DNA of 57,526 nt from an uncultured Candidatus Saccharibacteria bacterium (GTDB lineage: Bacteria > Patescibacteriota > Minisyncoccia > Phycocordibacterales > GWA1-40-21). The notes under the pieces were generated by a model. It was not told where the DNA came from and did no database searches. It saw only the letters and a program-made list of their open reading frames with translations. Location of the stretch: the NCBI GenBank assembly GCA_964513515.1, contig CAZEMP010000002.1, forward strand, positions 1 to 57,526, read 5' to 3'. Of the stretch, positions 18,724-27,356 are shown one piece after another. The stretch's first letter is position 1. Each line of letters starts with the position of its first letter. The position numbers were made by a program, and so were the translations under genes.

Positions 18724-19629
18724 ATGAATCAGCCAGTAAAATACAAACCTTATTCAGAAAGAACCTTAGATTCTCAATACAGAAATCTCTTGCAAAAGAT
18801 AATGGACGAGGGTACGGAAGTCTTACCAATACATGGAGAAAAAGCGAAAATGCTCGTTGGACAACAACTAAGATATAAAATGGAAAATGGTTTCCCTGTT
18901 ATTACAGAAAGGGATATGGCTGGACCATTCTTTACAGCTGCACTTGCAGAACATATAGCATTCTTGCATGGAGCAAGAACTCAGGCAGAGCTAGAAAAAT
19001 TTGGTTGTAAGTTTTGGAAAAAATGGGTTACAAAAGAAAAGTGTGACATATTCGGTCTACCAGAAGGAGATCTCGGTGATGGCTCTTATGGTGCGGCTTG
19101 GGCATCTTTTCCAACGGCCGAAGGGAAACCTTTCAACCAAATAGCACACCTGATAAAACAAATTAAAGAGAGACCTTATCTTCGTACACACATACTTACC
19201 CCCTGGATTCCACAATATACACTTCAACATTCAGAACTAAAAAGAAAAGTGGTTGTCGCACCATGTCATGGTTATATTCATGTATTGGCATTTCCAGAGA
19301 CAAAAGAATTGACTATTCATCATTTTCAAAGAAGTGGTGATTTCCCTGTTGGTGTACCGTTCAATATGGTTCAATATGCGGCTTTTGGTATGATGGTGGC
19401 GCAAATAATCGGTTATACATTTAAAGAAATTGTATACACATTTTCTGATGTACATATTTATGAGAGTCAGTATGAGCATGTAAAAGAATTGTTAAAGAGA
19501 GAGCCTAGAAAACTCCCGACTGTCAAAATAAATGCTGATAAAAAAGATATCTTTGAATTTAAACCGGAGGATTTCAAATTAGAAGATTATGAGCCTCATC
19601 CAAAGATGCTCATACCGACACCGGTGTGA
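18724..19629 (+). CDS. thyA: thymidylate synthase (ThyA family, divergent)
   Basis: Catalytic Cys context VVAPCHGY, FQRSGDFPVGVPFNMVQYA (cf. QRSxDxxLGxPFN) and SDVHIYESQ (cf. GDxHxY). The usual RR and YGxQWR motifs are degenerate. Confidence 0.8.
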   Translation: MNQPVKYKPYSERTLDSQYRNLLQKIMDEGTEVLPIHGEKAKMLVGQQLRYKMENGFPVITERDMAGPFFTAALAEHIAFLHGARTQAELEKFGCKFWKKWVTKEKCDIFGLPEGDLGDGSYGAAWASFPTAEGKPFNQIAHLIKQIKERPYLRTHILTPWIPQYTLQHSELKRKVVVAPCHGYIHVLAFPETKELTIHHFQRSGDFPVGVPFNMVQYAAFGMMVAQIIGYTFKEIVYTFSDVHIYESQYEHVKELLKREPRKLPTVKINADKKDIFEFKPEDFKLEDYEPHPKMLIPTPV

Positions 19630-19636
19630 TAAAAAT

Positions 19637-20083
19637 ATGAAGAAAAAGTTTGTTAATTTAACTAATGCCAGACCTGGAATATATGAAAAGGTGATTAAAG
19701 ATATACAAGAATCTGCTATTTGTCCGTTTTGTCCAGAGAATATAAATAAAATTCACAAAAACCCAATAGTTGAGGAAAAATTTTGGTTGGTTACAGATAA
19801 TATGTACCCTTATAAACCAACGAAAAAACATATTTTGATAATCCACAAAGAACATATAGAGCATCTTGCTGATATAAAAGATGGTGCATGGAGAGAATTA
19901 TATAAAATAATAAGGAGCAAAAGTAAAGATTTAGATATGATGGGTGGAACTTTTATGATGAGGTTTGGTGACACAAAATATACTGGGGCTTCTGTTTCAC
20001 ATCTTCATTGTAATTTATTACAATCAGACCCTGAACACCCAGAATATGAAAAAAATAAAGGTGTTATAACAAGAGTTGGGTAA
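19637..20083 (+). CDS. HIT-superfamily nucleotide hydrolase/transferase (atypical HxHxN motif)
   Basis: CPFCPEN near the N-terminus and GASVSHLHCNLL in place of HxHxHxx. The Met at 19637 avoids the overlap with thyA created by the listed 19589 start. Confidence 0.7.
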   Translation: MKKKFVNLTNARPGIYEKVIKDIQESAICPFCPENINKIHKNPIVEEKFWLVTDNMYPYKPTKKHILIIHKEHIEHLADIKDGAWRELYKIIRSKSKDLDMMGGTFMMRFGDTKYTGASVSHLHCNLLQSDPEHPEYEKNKGVITRVG

Positions 20084-20084
20084 T

Positions 20085-20906
20085 CTATTTAACAAGAATT
20101 ATTTCTGCACCAGCATCTTTTAGTATATCTTCTGCATCTAAAAGAGAGTACCCTTTTGAATAAAAAACTTTCTTTATTCCTGCTTCAGCAATAAGTCTGG
20201 CACATGTTGGACATGGAAAAGTTGTCACAAAAATATAAGAATCCTCTAATTTAATACCGTTCTTAGCAGCATTGGCAATTATTGATGCTTCTGCATGTAT
20301 TGCAGTGCATAGATCTATTCTTATTCCAGCATCAAAATTATTTCTGGGATCTCCGTTTATGTAAGGTGAAAAATCACTAGGAAAATGTTTATTGTATCCG
20401 GAGATAATAATTTTATTATCCTTTACTATTAAAGCGCCCACTTGCCTCCACCAGTCACTACTTCTATCTGATTGAGCAAATGCATTTTTTATAAATTCTT
20501 TATCAATATCACTGGTTGATATTTTTCTGTCTGGTAATATTTCTTGTTCTTTCAAAGAAATCGGCTTATCCCACCTTAAAAAAACTTTCTCAAAAATTAT
20601 TTCTTTATCTTTTAGATATTTTTCAGAAAAAATTCTTGAAACATCTTCATCGGGCATAATAATTATGTCAAAATTTTTTGTAAATTCTGAAATATTTTTG
20701 TAATTTAATAAATTTACTCTACTAACAAATGGAGAAACCGCTCTTAGCGCTTGTTCTGGTCTGAGCATTCTTATTTCTCTGGATAAATGCGGTATCTCAG
20801 ATAGAAAATCATTGTCTAATAAAAAAACTTCGTTATTATCTTTAGATAAAAAATTTATATACCCAGAATGAATAACTGGCATAAAAGCCAAAACAGCTTT
20901 TCTCAT
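20085..20906 (-). CDS. dCMP (CMP/dCMP-type) deaminase with a ~130-aa N-terminal extra domain
   Basis: Zinc motifs CTAIHAEASII and PCPTCARLI lie in the C-terminal half. The N-terminal half (..FMPVIHSGYINFL..) is not part of the deaminase fold. Confidence 0.8.
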   Translation of the reverse strand: MRKAVLAFMPVIHSGYINFLSKDNNEVFLLDNDFLSEIPHLSREIRMLRPEQALRAVSPFVSRVNLLNYKNISEFTKNFDIIIMPDEDVSRIFSEKYLKDKEIIFEKVFLRWDKPISLKEQEILPDRKISTSDIDKEFIKNAFAQSDRSSDWWRQVGALIVKDNKIIISGYNKHFPSDFSPYINGDPRNNFDAGIRIDLCTAIHAEASIIANAAKNGIKLEDSYIFVTTFPCPTCARLIAEAGIKKVFYSKGYSLLDAEDILKDAGAEIILVK

Positions 20907-20915
20907 TGTATTTTA

Positions 20916-21506
20916 TTATTTATTAAACTTCTCCAGAAAATCTTTTGTAAGTTTATTTATTTCAGATGCTAGTTTTTCTGCCCCCTCAATAAACAGAGTT
21001 CTTATTCTTGCAGAAGTTGTGGTTGTTGATTGTGGCGGAAGCATTATAATCTGGCCGCAATTTTTCTCATACTCCATAGCCATCTCTTTCGGAAAATCTG
21101 TTGTAGATGATGAAACAACCAAAACATCTGGTTTAACTAACCTTATTAAATCTCCTATTTCGTGTTTGGTCTCTCTAAGAACAATAATGTCTACATGCCT
21201 TAAGTGTGCCAGCATTTTTACCCTTTCTTCTTGTGGTACGATCGGTCTTGTTGGTCCTTTTCTTTGTTTAGTTAATTCATCTGAATCTATTCCAACAATG
21301 AGAATATCTCCGTGAGATTTGGCATTTTCAAGATATTTAGCGTGTCCTTCATGCAAAAGATCATATACTCCTTGGGTCAAAACTATTCTATAACCCATTT
21401 TTTTAAGCATTTTTACAAGACTATCCAACTGATCAAAATCTTTAACGAAACGGCTTTCAAACTCTGTTTTTCCGCTTAATATTTCTTTGATTTTTGTATC
21501 GGACAT
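20916..21506 (-). CDS. cytidylyltransferase-family nucleotidyltransferase (RfaE domain II / TagD-like)
   Basis: VLTQGVYDLLHEGHAKYLENAK (HxGH motif) and IVGIDSDE are typical of the family. Confidence 0.75.
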   Translation of the reverse strand: MSDTKIKEILSGKTEFESRFVKDFDQLDSLVKMLKKMGYRIVLTQGVYDLLHEGHAKYLENAKSHGDILIVGIDSDELTKQRKGPTRPIVPQEERVKMLAHLRHVDIIVLRETKHEIGDLIRLVKPDVLVVSSSTTDFPKEMAMEYEKNCGQIIMLPPQSTTTTSARIRTLFIEGAEKLASEINKLTKDFLEKFNK

Positions 21507-21578
21507 ATAATTGATTGTGATTATAGATTATAGTATAGTTCTATTAGAACTGTTGTCAAACTAAACAAAAGGATAACT

Positions 21579-22097
21579 ATGTCACAAATAAACATTATAG
21601 CGGCTGTAGACAATAAAAGAGTCATTGGTAAAAACAATGATCTTGTTTGGAAAGGTGCTCCGGGTGACATGAAAAGATTTAAAGAGACCACCACTGGGCA
21701 TCCGATCATTATGGGAAGAAAAACTCTTGAATCGTTTGGCCAAAAGATGCCTGACGGGAATATTATTCTCAAACCTCTACCGAACAGAACAAACATCGTG
21801 GTCACAAGGAACAAAGACTTTCAAGTGCCCGGATGTTTTATGTTCCCTTCTTTGGAAGAAGCGATCGTGTTCGCTTCTCAAAAAGATGAACGGGTGTTTA
21901 TAATCGGAGGTGGAGAAATATATTCGCAGGCGATGAAACTTGCGGATAGATTGTACCTCACCGTGATTGATGCGGAAGCAGACGGCGATACATTCTTTCC
22001 TGAATACAGTGAGTTCACAAAGGTGATCTCATCGGAGGAGATGCCCGCGACAGAAAAGTTCCCTTACAAGTACAAGTTCGTTGTTTTGGAGAAATAG
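21579..22097 (+). CDS. folA: dihydrofolate reductase
   Basis: IIAAVDNKRVIGKNNDLVW, MGRKTLESFG and IIGGGEIY motifs. The 3' half is about 47% G+C in a sampled line, above the local background. Confidence 0.93.
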   Translation: MSQINIIAAVDNKRVIGKNNDLVWKGAPGDMKRFKETTTGHPIIMGRKTLESFGQKMPDGNIILKPLPNRTNIVVTRNKDFQVPGCFMFPSLEEAIVFASQKDERVFIIGGGEIYSQAMKLADRLYLTVIDAEADGDTFFPEYSEFTKVISSEEMPATEKFPYKYKFVVLEK

Positions 22098-22099
22098 AG

Positions 22100-22135
22100 A
22101 AGGGCGGCTCGTCTACGAGCCGCCCTTTCCTTTTT
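22100..22135 (+). terminator. intrinsic terminator of folA
   Basis: AAGGGCGGCTCG-tcta-CGAGCCGCCCTT followed by TCCTTTTT. Confidence 0.8.
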
Positions 22136-22258
22136 AATATTTATTTAACATCAACTCCTTACAGGAGCAGTACACTTTTTCAATATTTTTGTTCGTATTA
22201 ACTCCAAAAATATTTGAAGAAAGTTCGTTGAAGTTATAAAACACCGCCCCGCGGTGTT

Positions 22259-22681
22259 TTATTTGACTTCAACGCCCATTGATCTTGCAGCTCCCTCTAC
22301 CATCTTCATTGCTGCATTTATATCGTTTGCGTTCATATCTATCATTTTTTTCTCCGCAATCTCTTTGATTTGAGCTTTTGTAATTGTTCCGACTTTAACC
22401 GTATTTGGTTTACCAGAACCTTTCTCCACTCCTATAGCTTTCAATATCATTCCAGCCGTTGGTGGGGTCTTTAATATGAAATCATAAGATCTATCTTCGT
22501 AAACCGTTATAACTACAGGAAGAGTATCCCCTATTTGAGCCTTGGTGGCTGTGTTAAATTTATTAACAAAATCTCCAATGTTTATACCTGCTTGACCCAA
22601 TGCTGGACCTATAGGTGGAGCTGGAGTAGCCTTACCTGCCGGAATCTGAAGTTTTAATTTTTTTAATATTTTTTTAGCCAT
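22259..22681 (-). CDS. rplK: 50S ribosomal protein L11
   Basis: [22 protein letters not shown] hallmark; 140 aa. A hairpin (AAAACACCGC-ccc-GCGGTGTTTT, 22238-22260) overlaps its stop. Confidence 0.97.
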   Translation of the reverse strand: MAKKILKKLKLQIPAGKATPAPPIGPALGQAGINIGDFVNKFNTATKAQIGDTLPVVITVYEDRSYDFILKTPPTAGMILKAIGVEKGSGKPNTVKVGTITKAQIKEIAEKKMIDMNANDINAAMKMVEGAARSMGVEVK

Positions 22682-22752
22682 TTTTTTATTTTATTTAGTT
22701 ATCAGAGGCACGTTTAAATTAACAGATATAAGCCTAAAAGTAAAGATAAATA

Positions 22753-23298
22753 TTAAACCTTTCTTATTTGAAGAAGGTCTAATTCTACTGATGTTTCTCT
22801 TCCGAACATTAATACCATAACTCTAGCTTTACCCTTTTCTCCATCTATTTCACTTATTTTACCTTCAAGATCCTTAAATGGACCATCTACTATTTTAACA
22901 GTATCTCCTAGAACAAAATCTACTGCGTGAGAAACTTTATTAACATCCATTTTACCCAAAAAGAATGCGACTTCCTTTTCTGAAAGTGGCACAGGATGAA
23001 CACCTGTTCCCACAAATCCAGTAACGCGAGGGGTATTTCTAACTACGAACCAAGATTCATCCGTCACTATCATATCTACCAAAATATAACCTGGATATAT
23101 TTTTTCATCCTCTTCAACTCTTTTGTTTCCTTTTATTTTTATTTTCTTTTCTACTGGAACAACGACGTTAAAAATCTTATCGCTCATGTTTAAAGACTCT
23201 ATTCTCTGTTTGAGGTTTCTAGCAACTGCATTTTCATAACCTGCATAAGTGTGTATGGTATACCAGTGTCTTCCACTTTCAATTGTTTGTTTTGCCAT
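22753..23298 (-). CDS. nusG: transcription termination/antitermination factor NusG
   Basis: WYTIHTYAGYENAV NGN domain and a C-terminal KOW (GDTVKIVDGPFKDLEGKISEID). Confidence 0.95.
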   Translation of the reverse strand: MAKQTIESGRHWYTIHTYAGYENAVARNLKQRIESLNMSDKIFNVVVPVEKKIKIKGNKRVEEDEKIYPGYILVDMIVTDESWFVVRNTPRVTGFVGTGVHPVPLSEKEVAFFLGKMDVNKVSHAVDFVLGDTVKIVDGPFKDLEGKISEIDGEKGKARVMVLMFGRETSVELDLLQIRKV

Positions 23299-23309
23299 GA
23301 TTGATTTTA

Positions 23310-23486
23310 TTAAATGATACTCTTAAGTCCGATTGAGAATAAATAATCAAAAAGTCCCAAATATAAAGCTACTGCCAAAGAAATAGCAATAACGAGTATA
23401 GTAAAAACAAGTGTCTGGTTTCTTGTTGGCCAGCTCACATGCTTCATTTCTTCCATTGTCTCCTTAAAATAATTTGATAAATCCAT
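23310..23486 (-). CDS. secE: preprotein translocase subunit SecE (58 aa; not in the supplied ORF track)
   Basis: Hand translation gives MDLSNYFKETMEEMKHVSWPTRNQTLVFTILVIAISLAVALYLGLFDYLFSIGLKSII. It has the KxVxWP motif plus one TM and sits in the conserved position upstream of nusG. Confidence 0.8.
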   Translation of the reverse strand: MDLSNYFKETMEEMKHVSWPTRNQTLVFTILVIAISLAVALYLGLFDYLFSIGLKSII

Positions 23487-23625
23487 AAAATTAGCTTGTA
23501 GGATGTGGCTCGTTGCTTATTACAAACACAACAAGCATTCAATAATACAAAATTAGATTAATAAAATTTTCATTTTAAAACCCCCTGAGGGGGCTTACGG
23601 ATATACAATAACATGAAATACACCT

Positions 23626-23667
23626 AAAATGCAAGAGGTGTACCATAGGGCACACCTCTTGCATTTT
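23626..23667 (-). terminator. intrinsic terminator after the SIMPL-domain gene
   Basis: AAAATGCAAGAGGTGT / 10-nt loop / ACACCTCTTGCATTTT: a 16-bp perfect stem. Confidence 0.8.
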
Positions 23668-23688
23668 ATAAATAAAATAAAAAATATT

Positions 23689-24480
23689 TTACCTTATTTC
23701 ATATGTGACACTCACATTTGAAGTGATTGTATTCTCACCTGTTGGCAAATAAGCTTCTTTGCTCATTGAAACATCTCCGCCCATACCCATAGCTGCCGCT
23801 CTACCGTAATATATTGGGTAAGTACCACCCTCTGAATAACCAATTATTTTCTTAAGTCTAACACCAAGTGCCTTTGCAAGTTTTTCAGCTTCTTTTCTAG
23901 CATCTGTAATAGCTTCATCTCTCACCTGTCTCAATAATTCATCGTAATTATCATTGGTAAAACTCAATCCGCTCATATCTGTAACACCAAGTCCTCCTAA
24001 GTCAGAGACGATTCTTCCTGCCTTTGAAAGATCTCTTATTTTTAGAACAACACTTTGGGTTACAGAATAACCAGCAAGCACCTGTTTCCCTCCATAAGGG
24101 GATGTCTTGTCATCTATGTAGTCATACCTAGGGTAAATGTTATAGCTTGTAGTTTTTATATCTTTTTCTAAAACTCCATTTGTTTTTAAATTTTCCAATA
24201 TCTTTTCTATATTCTTGTTTACCAAATCAGAAGCTTTTGAGATATCCATATTCTCCTGTGTAACTGAAAAAGAAATTGTTGCCATATCAGGCTTTATAGT
24301 AAGCTCACTTTTACCATTTACAACGATAGTATCTTTCTGAACATTATCATTCTTATTACCAACCGTTTTTATTAGTAAAAAAACCAAAAGAAATGCAACA
24401 ACAAAAGATAACCATCTTTTATGACCGTGACACTTCATACCAGCACACCATCCCATACATGATTCTTTATTTTCCTCCAT
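23689..24480 (-). CDS. SIMPL (DUF541) domain membrane-anchored protein
   Basis: An N-terminal TM is followed by the pattern ..TISFSVT....LAGYSVTQSVVLKIRDLSKAGRIVSDL.. typical of SIMPL/26-kDa periplasmic antigen proteins. Confidence 0.75.
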   Translation of the reverse strand: MEENKESCMGWCAGMKCHGHKRWLSFVVAFLLVFLLIKTVGNKNDNVQKDTIVVNGKSELTIKPDMATISFSVTQENMDISKASDLVNKNIEKILENLKTNGVLEKDIKTTSYNIYPRYDYIDDKTSPYGGKQVLAGYSVTQSVVLKIRDLSKAGRIVSDLGGLGVTDMSGLSFTNDNYDELLRQVRDEAITDARKEAEKLAKALGVRLKKIIGYSEGGTYPIYYGRAAAMGMGGDVSMSKEAYLPTGENTITSNVSVTYEIR

Positions 24481-24526
24481 ATTTATAAAATTAAATTAAA
24501 CTAATAACTGCAGGAATAATAACATA

Positions 24527-25408
24527 TTAATTATCTGTTTTCGAACCATCTAAATCAGCTAGCTGTTTTTCTAATTCCTTTATTTTGTCCTTCAAAGAAA
24601 TCATGGTCAATTCACGTCCAATCATTATTTTATTAAATGATTCTAATTCACGATTTTTATTTTTAAGTTCTTCCTCAGCTTTTTTTGTTTCACTTATATC
24701 AGTCGAATAAAACAATACTGTTTTAACTTTGTTTGAATTCTCCTCAAATGTTGGAAAAATGAGACCGGAACACCAGGCATGGCCCATTCCCTGGACATGC
24801 TCCATTTCAACTTTACCAGATTTCCCTTTCAAGGCTTCTTCAAAAGCCTTCTTAACAACAGGTCGATATTCTTCTTTTATAGAACTTAACCAATCCCATT
24901 TTTTAATATCATCAGTGTCTTTTATATGATGTTCATCCCTACCGTTTTTATTTAGAAAAATTAATTCACCTCGAGTATCAAAAATTTTTATACAAACCGG
25001 TGTCGAATCAATTAATTCTCGGCTATCTTTTTGAAGCAACTCGGTCTTATGACTATCGCTAGTATCCAAAGAAAAAACCATGATGCTATTTATTTTGCCA
25101 TCTTCGTCAAATAACGGAGAGATACTAATGGAACACCATACATGACCTTCTCCCGGAACATGCTCAATTTCTATTTGTCCAGAATCTCCATTTAATGCTT
25201 TGCGGAAAATAGACCTGACCTCTGCCTTGTATTCTTCTTTTATTGATTCAACCCAATCTAGTTTGGAAATATCCTCATTGTCTTTTATATGATGTTCTTC
25301 TCTACCAGCCTTATTGATAAACATTAAGTTGCCCTGAGGATCAAAAACCTTAACACATAGTGGTGTTAAATTTATTAGATCTCTATATATTTTTTCTGTT
25401 ACAGTCAT
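24527..25408 (-). CDS. tandem PAS-domain protein with a C-terminal coiled coil and no output domain
   Basis: Two ~115-aa internal repeats (LINLTPLCVKVFDPQGNLMFINKAGREEHHIKD.. and LIDSTPVCIKIFDTRGELIFLNKNGRDEHHIKD..) are followed by a heptad-like tail. Confidence 0.75.
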   Translation of the reverse strand: MTVTEKIYRDLINLTPLCVKVFDPQGNLMFINKAGREEHHIKDNEDISKLDWVESIKEEYKAEVRSIFRKALNGDSGQIEIEHVPGEGHVWCSISISPLFDEDGKINSIMVFSLDTSDSHKTELLQKDSRELIDSTPVCIKIFDTRGELIFLNKNGRDEHHIKDTDDIKKWDWLSSIKEEYRPVVKKAFEEALKGKSGKVEMEHVQGMGHAWCSGLIFPTFEENSNKVKTVLFYSTDISETKKAEEELKNKNRELESFNKIMIGRELTMISLKDKIKELEKQLADLDGSKTDN

Positions 25409-25443
25409 TTATATATTAATTAATTATTCATAACTAATTAATA

Positions 25444-26298
25444 TTATAGCACAATCTTATTTTGTCTTTTGTATGCAATCAAAAGGTTATCAAAAAGTGA
25501 GATTACTGTCATTGGGCCTATGCCTCCAGGTACTGGTGTGATCGCATAAACAACCTTTGATACAGATTTCAAATCGACATCGCCGTACAGACTATCACCG
25601 AATTTTGTTATACCGACATCTATTATTATTTGACCTTTTTTAACAAAACTATTCTTAATAAAATTACGTTTACCAATTGCCACAACAACTATGTCGGCAT
25701 TCTTTGTTTCTATATTTAATTTTTTCGTTTTACTATTACATACAGTAACTGTGGCATCTCTATTTAAAAAAGCGATAGCTGTTGGTCTGCCAACAAGAAG
25801 TGACATACCCACTACCACAACCTTTTTGCCTTTTATTGAAATTTTATAATAATCTAATAATGAAAGTATCCCCTTTGTAGTTGCAGGAATAAATCCACTA
25901 TCACTAGTAGGTAAATTGGCAAGTAGAAATTTTAAATTTTTTGAATTTAATCCATCAACATCTTTTTCCGGATTAATTGTCTCAATTACGCTTATAGGAT
26001 TAATGTTTTTTGGTATAGGCAACTGAACTATAATTCCGTTAACATTATTGTCCGAATTTAGATCTTTAATCATTTCTATAAGATCTTTTTCGGATGTTTT
26101 ATCTTCAAGTTGAATATGATCAACTAAAAATCCTAGCTTCTCACCAAAAATCTTTTTTTGTTTTACGTATACAGAAGATCTCGGATCATCACCAACCTGA
26201 ATAATAGAAAGTTTTGGCTTTGTATCTAAGTTTTTTAATTCAGATCTTATTTTTTCTGAGATAAAATCTCGCACTTTTTTTCCGTCTAAAATTTTCAT
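25444..26298 (-). CDS. folD: bifunctional methylene-THF dehydrogenase / methenyl-THF cyclohydrolase
   Basis: LSIIQVGDDPRSSVYVKQK, GIIVQLPIP, VVVVGMSLLVGRP and PVPGGIGPMT motifs. Confidence 0.93.
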   Translation of the reverse strand: MKILDGKKVRDFISEKIRSELKNLDTKPKLSIIQVGDDPRSSVYVKQKKIFGEKLGFLVDHIQLEDKTSEKDLIEMIKDLNSDNNVNGIIVQLPIPKNINPISVIETINPEKDVDGLNSKNLKFLLANLPTSDSGFIPATTKGILSLLDYYKISIKGKKVVVVGMSLLVGRPTAIAFLNRDATVTVCNSKTKKLNIETKNADIVVVAIGKRNFIKNSFVKKGQIIIDVGITKFGDSLYGDVDLKSVSKVVYAITPVPGGIGPMTVISLFDNLLIAYKRQNKIVL

Positions 26299-26304
26299 AG
26301 ATTT

Positions 26305-27174
26305 TTATTTGGACCAGCGAACAAATATACCGCACGGTAAAAGTCTTTTACCCTTCGATTCTTCTATTGTAAGCTCTCCCATTTCAATTTCACCACCATA
26401 CTTCTCCACCATAGGTTTAAGTGCATTATAATATGCAGTGGAAGAATATCCTGCGGCATAACCATTTATTAAAAAGAAAAGAGGTTGATCAGAAAGGATC
26501 TTTGAGCATTCATCTAAAAGTCTGATAAAATCGGTTTCGATTTTCCATATTTCGCCCTTACCCCCACGACCAAAAGATGGCGGATCCATTATTATGCCAT
26601 CGTATTTTACTCCGCGTTTTATTTCTCTCATTACAAATTTTCTTGCATCATCTATAATCCATCTAACGGGCATTTTAGCTAAACCTGAAAGTTCGGCATT
26701 TTCTTTTGCCCAAGTAATAGAGGTCTTTGAACCATCAACATGGGTTACTTCTGCACCAGCAAAAAGCGCAGCAAGTGTTGCTCCTCCTGTATATCCAAAT
26801 AAATTAAGAATTTTTAATGGCCTTTTACTTTCCTTTATTTTTTCTATTATCCAACTCCAATTAGAAGATTGCTCCGGAAAAACTCCAGTGTGTTTAAAGG
26901 CCGTTGGTTTAATATTAAATTTTAAATTATCAAAAGTAATTTGCCACTCATTTTGAATTTCCTTGTTTTTCTTCCAACCAACTCTGTCATTATTGCGTAC
27001 AAAAATAGCATCTGCATCTTTCCATACATTTTCAGGTAAGTTTTTTTTCCACAGAGCTTGTGGATCTGGTCTCCTTAGAACATATTTACCGTAACGCTCT
27101 AACTTCTCTTCGTTTCCACTATCAATCAACTCATAGTCAGAACTTGGTTTTGTTATTAAAATCTTAGGTTCCAT
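26305..27174 (-). CDS. class I SAM-dependent (rRNA large-subunit type, RlmI/K-like) methyltransferase
   Basis: ILNLFGYTGGATLAALFAGAEVTHVDGSK SAM-binding motif and IIMDPPSFG motif IV. Confidence 0.8.
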   Translation of the reverse strand: MEPKILITKPSSDYELIDSGNEEKLERYGKYVLRRPDPQALWKKNLPENVWKDADAIFVRNNDRVGWKKNKEIQNEWQITFDNLKFNIKPTAFKHTGVFPEQSSNWSWIIEKIKESKRPLKILNLFGYTGGATLAALFAGAEVTHVDGSKTSITWAKENAELSGLAKMPVRWIIDDARKFVMREIKRGVKYDGIIMDPPSFGRGGKGEIWKIETDFIRLLDECSKILSDQPLFFLINGYAAGYSSTAYYNALKPMVEKYGGEIEMGELTIEESKGKRLLPCGIFVRWSK

Positions 27175-27242
27175 TGCAAAAAACTATAGCAGAAAATGGG
27201 GGAAAATGAAATCATGGGAAATTACTTATTTTATAAAAAAGT

Positions 27243-27276
27243 TTAGCCCCACTCCGGTTTCCCGGAGTGGGGCTAA
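27243..27276 (-). terminator. intrinsic terminator of the GC-rich ORF 27357..27878
   Basis: TTAGCCCCACTCCGG-tttc-CCGGAGTGGGGCTAA: a 15-bp stem followed by ACTTTTTTAT on the minus strand. Confidence 0.8.
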
Positions 27277-27356
27277 GTTCTAGGTTTCAAAGAGCAAGCT
27301 CCAAGAAACCTAGTGCTGAGTACTAACTTGCCTGCCTCGTAGTGAGCTTTGCTCTA

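Noticed and set aside
23487-23688. Expected tRNA-Trp or rpmG upstream of secE
   Set aside because: I read both strands. There is no cloverleaf-capable sequence and no L33-like small ORF, only two terminator-type hairpins.
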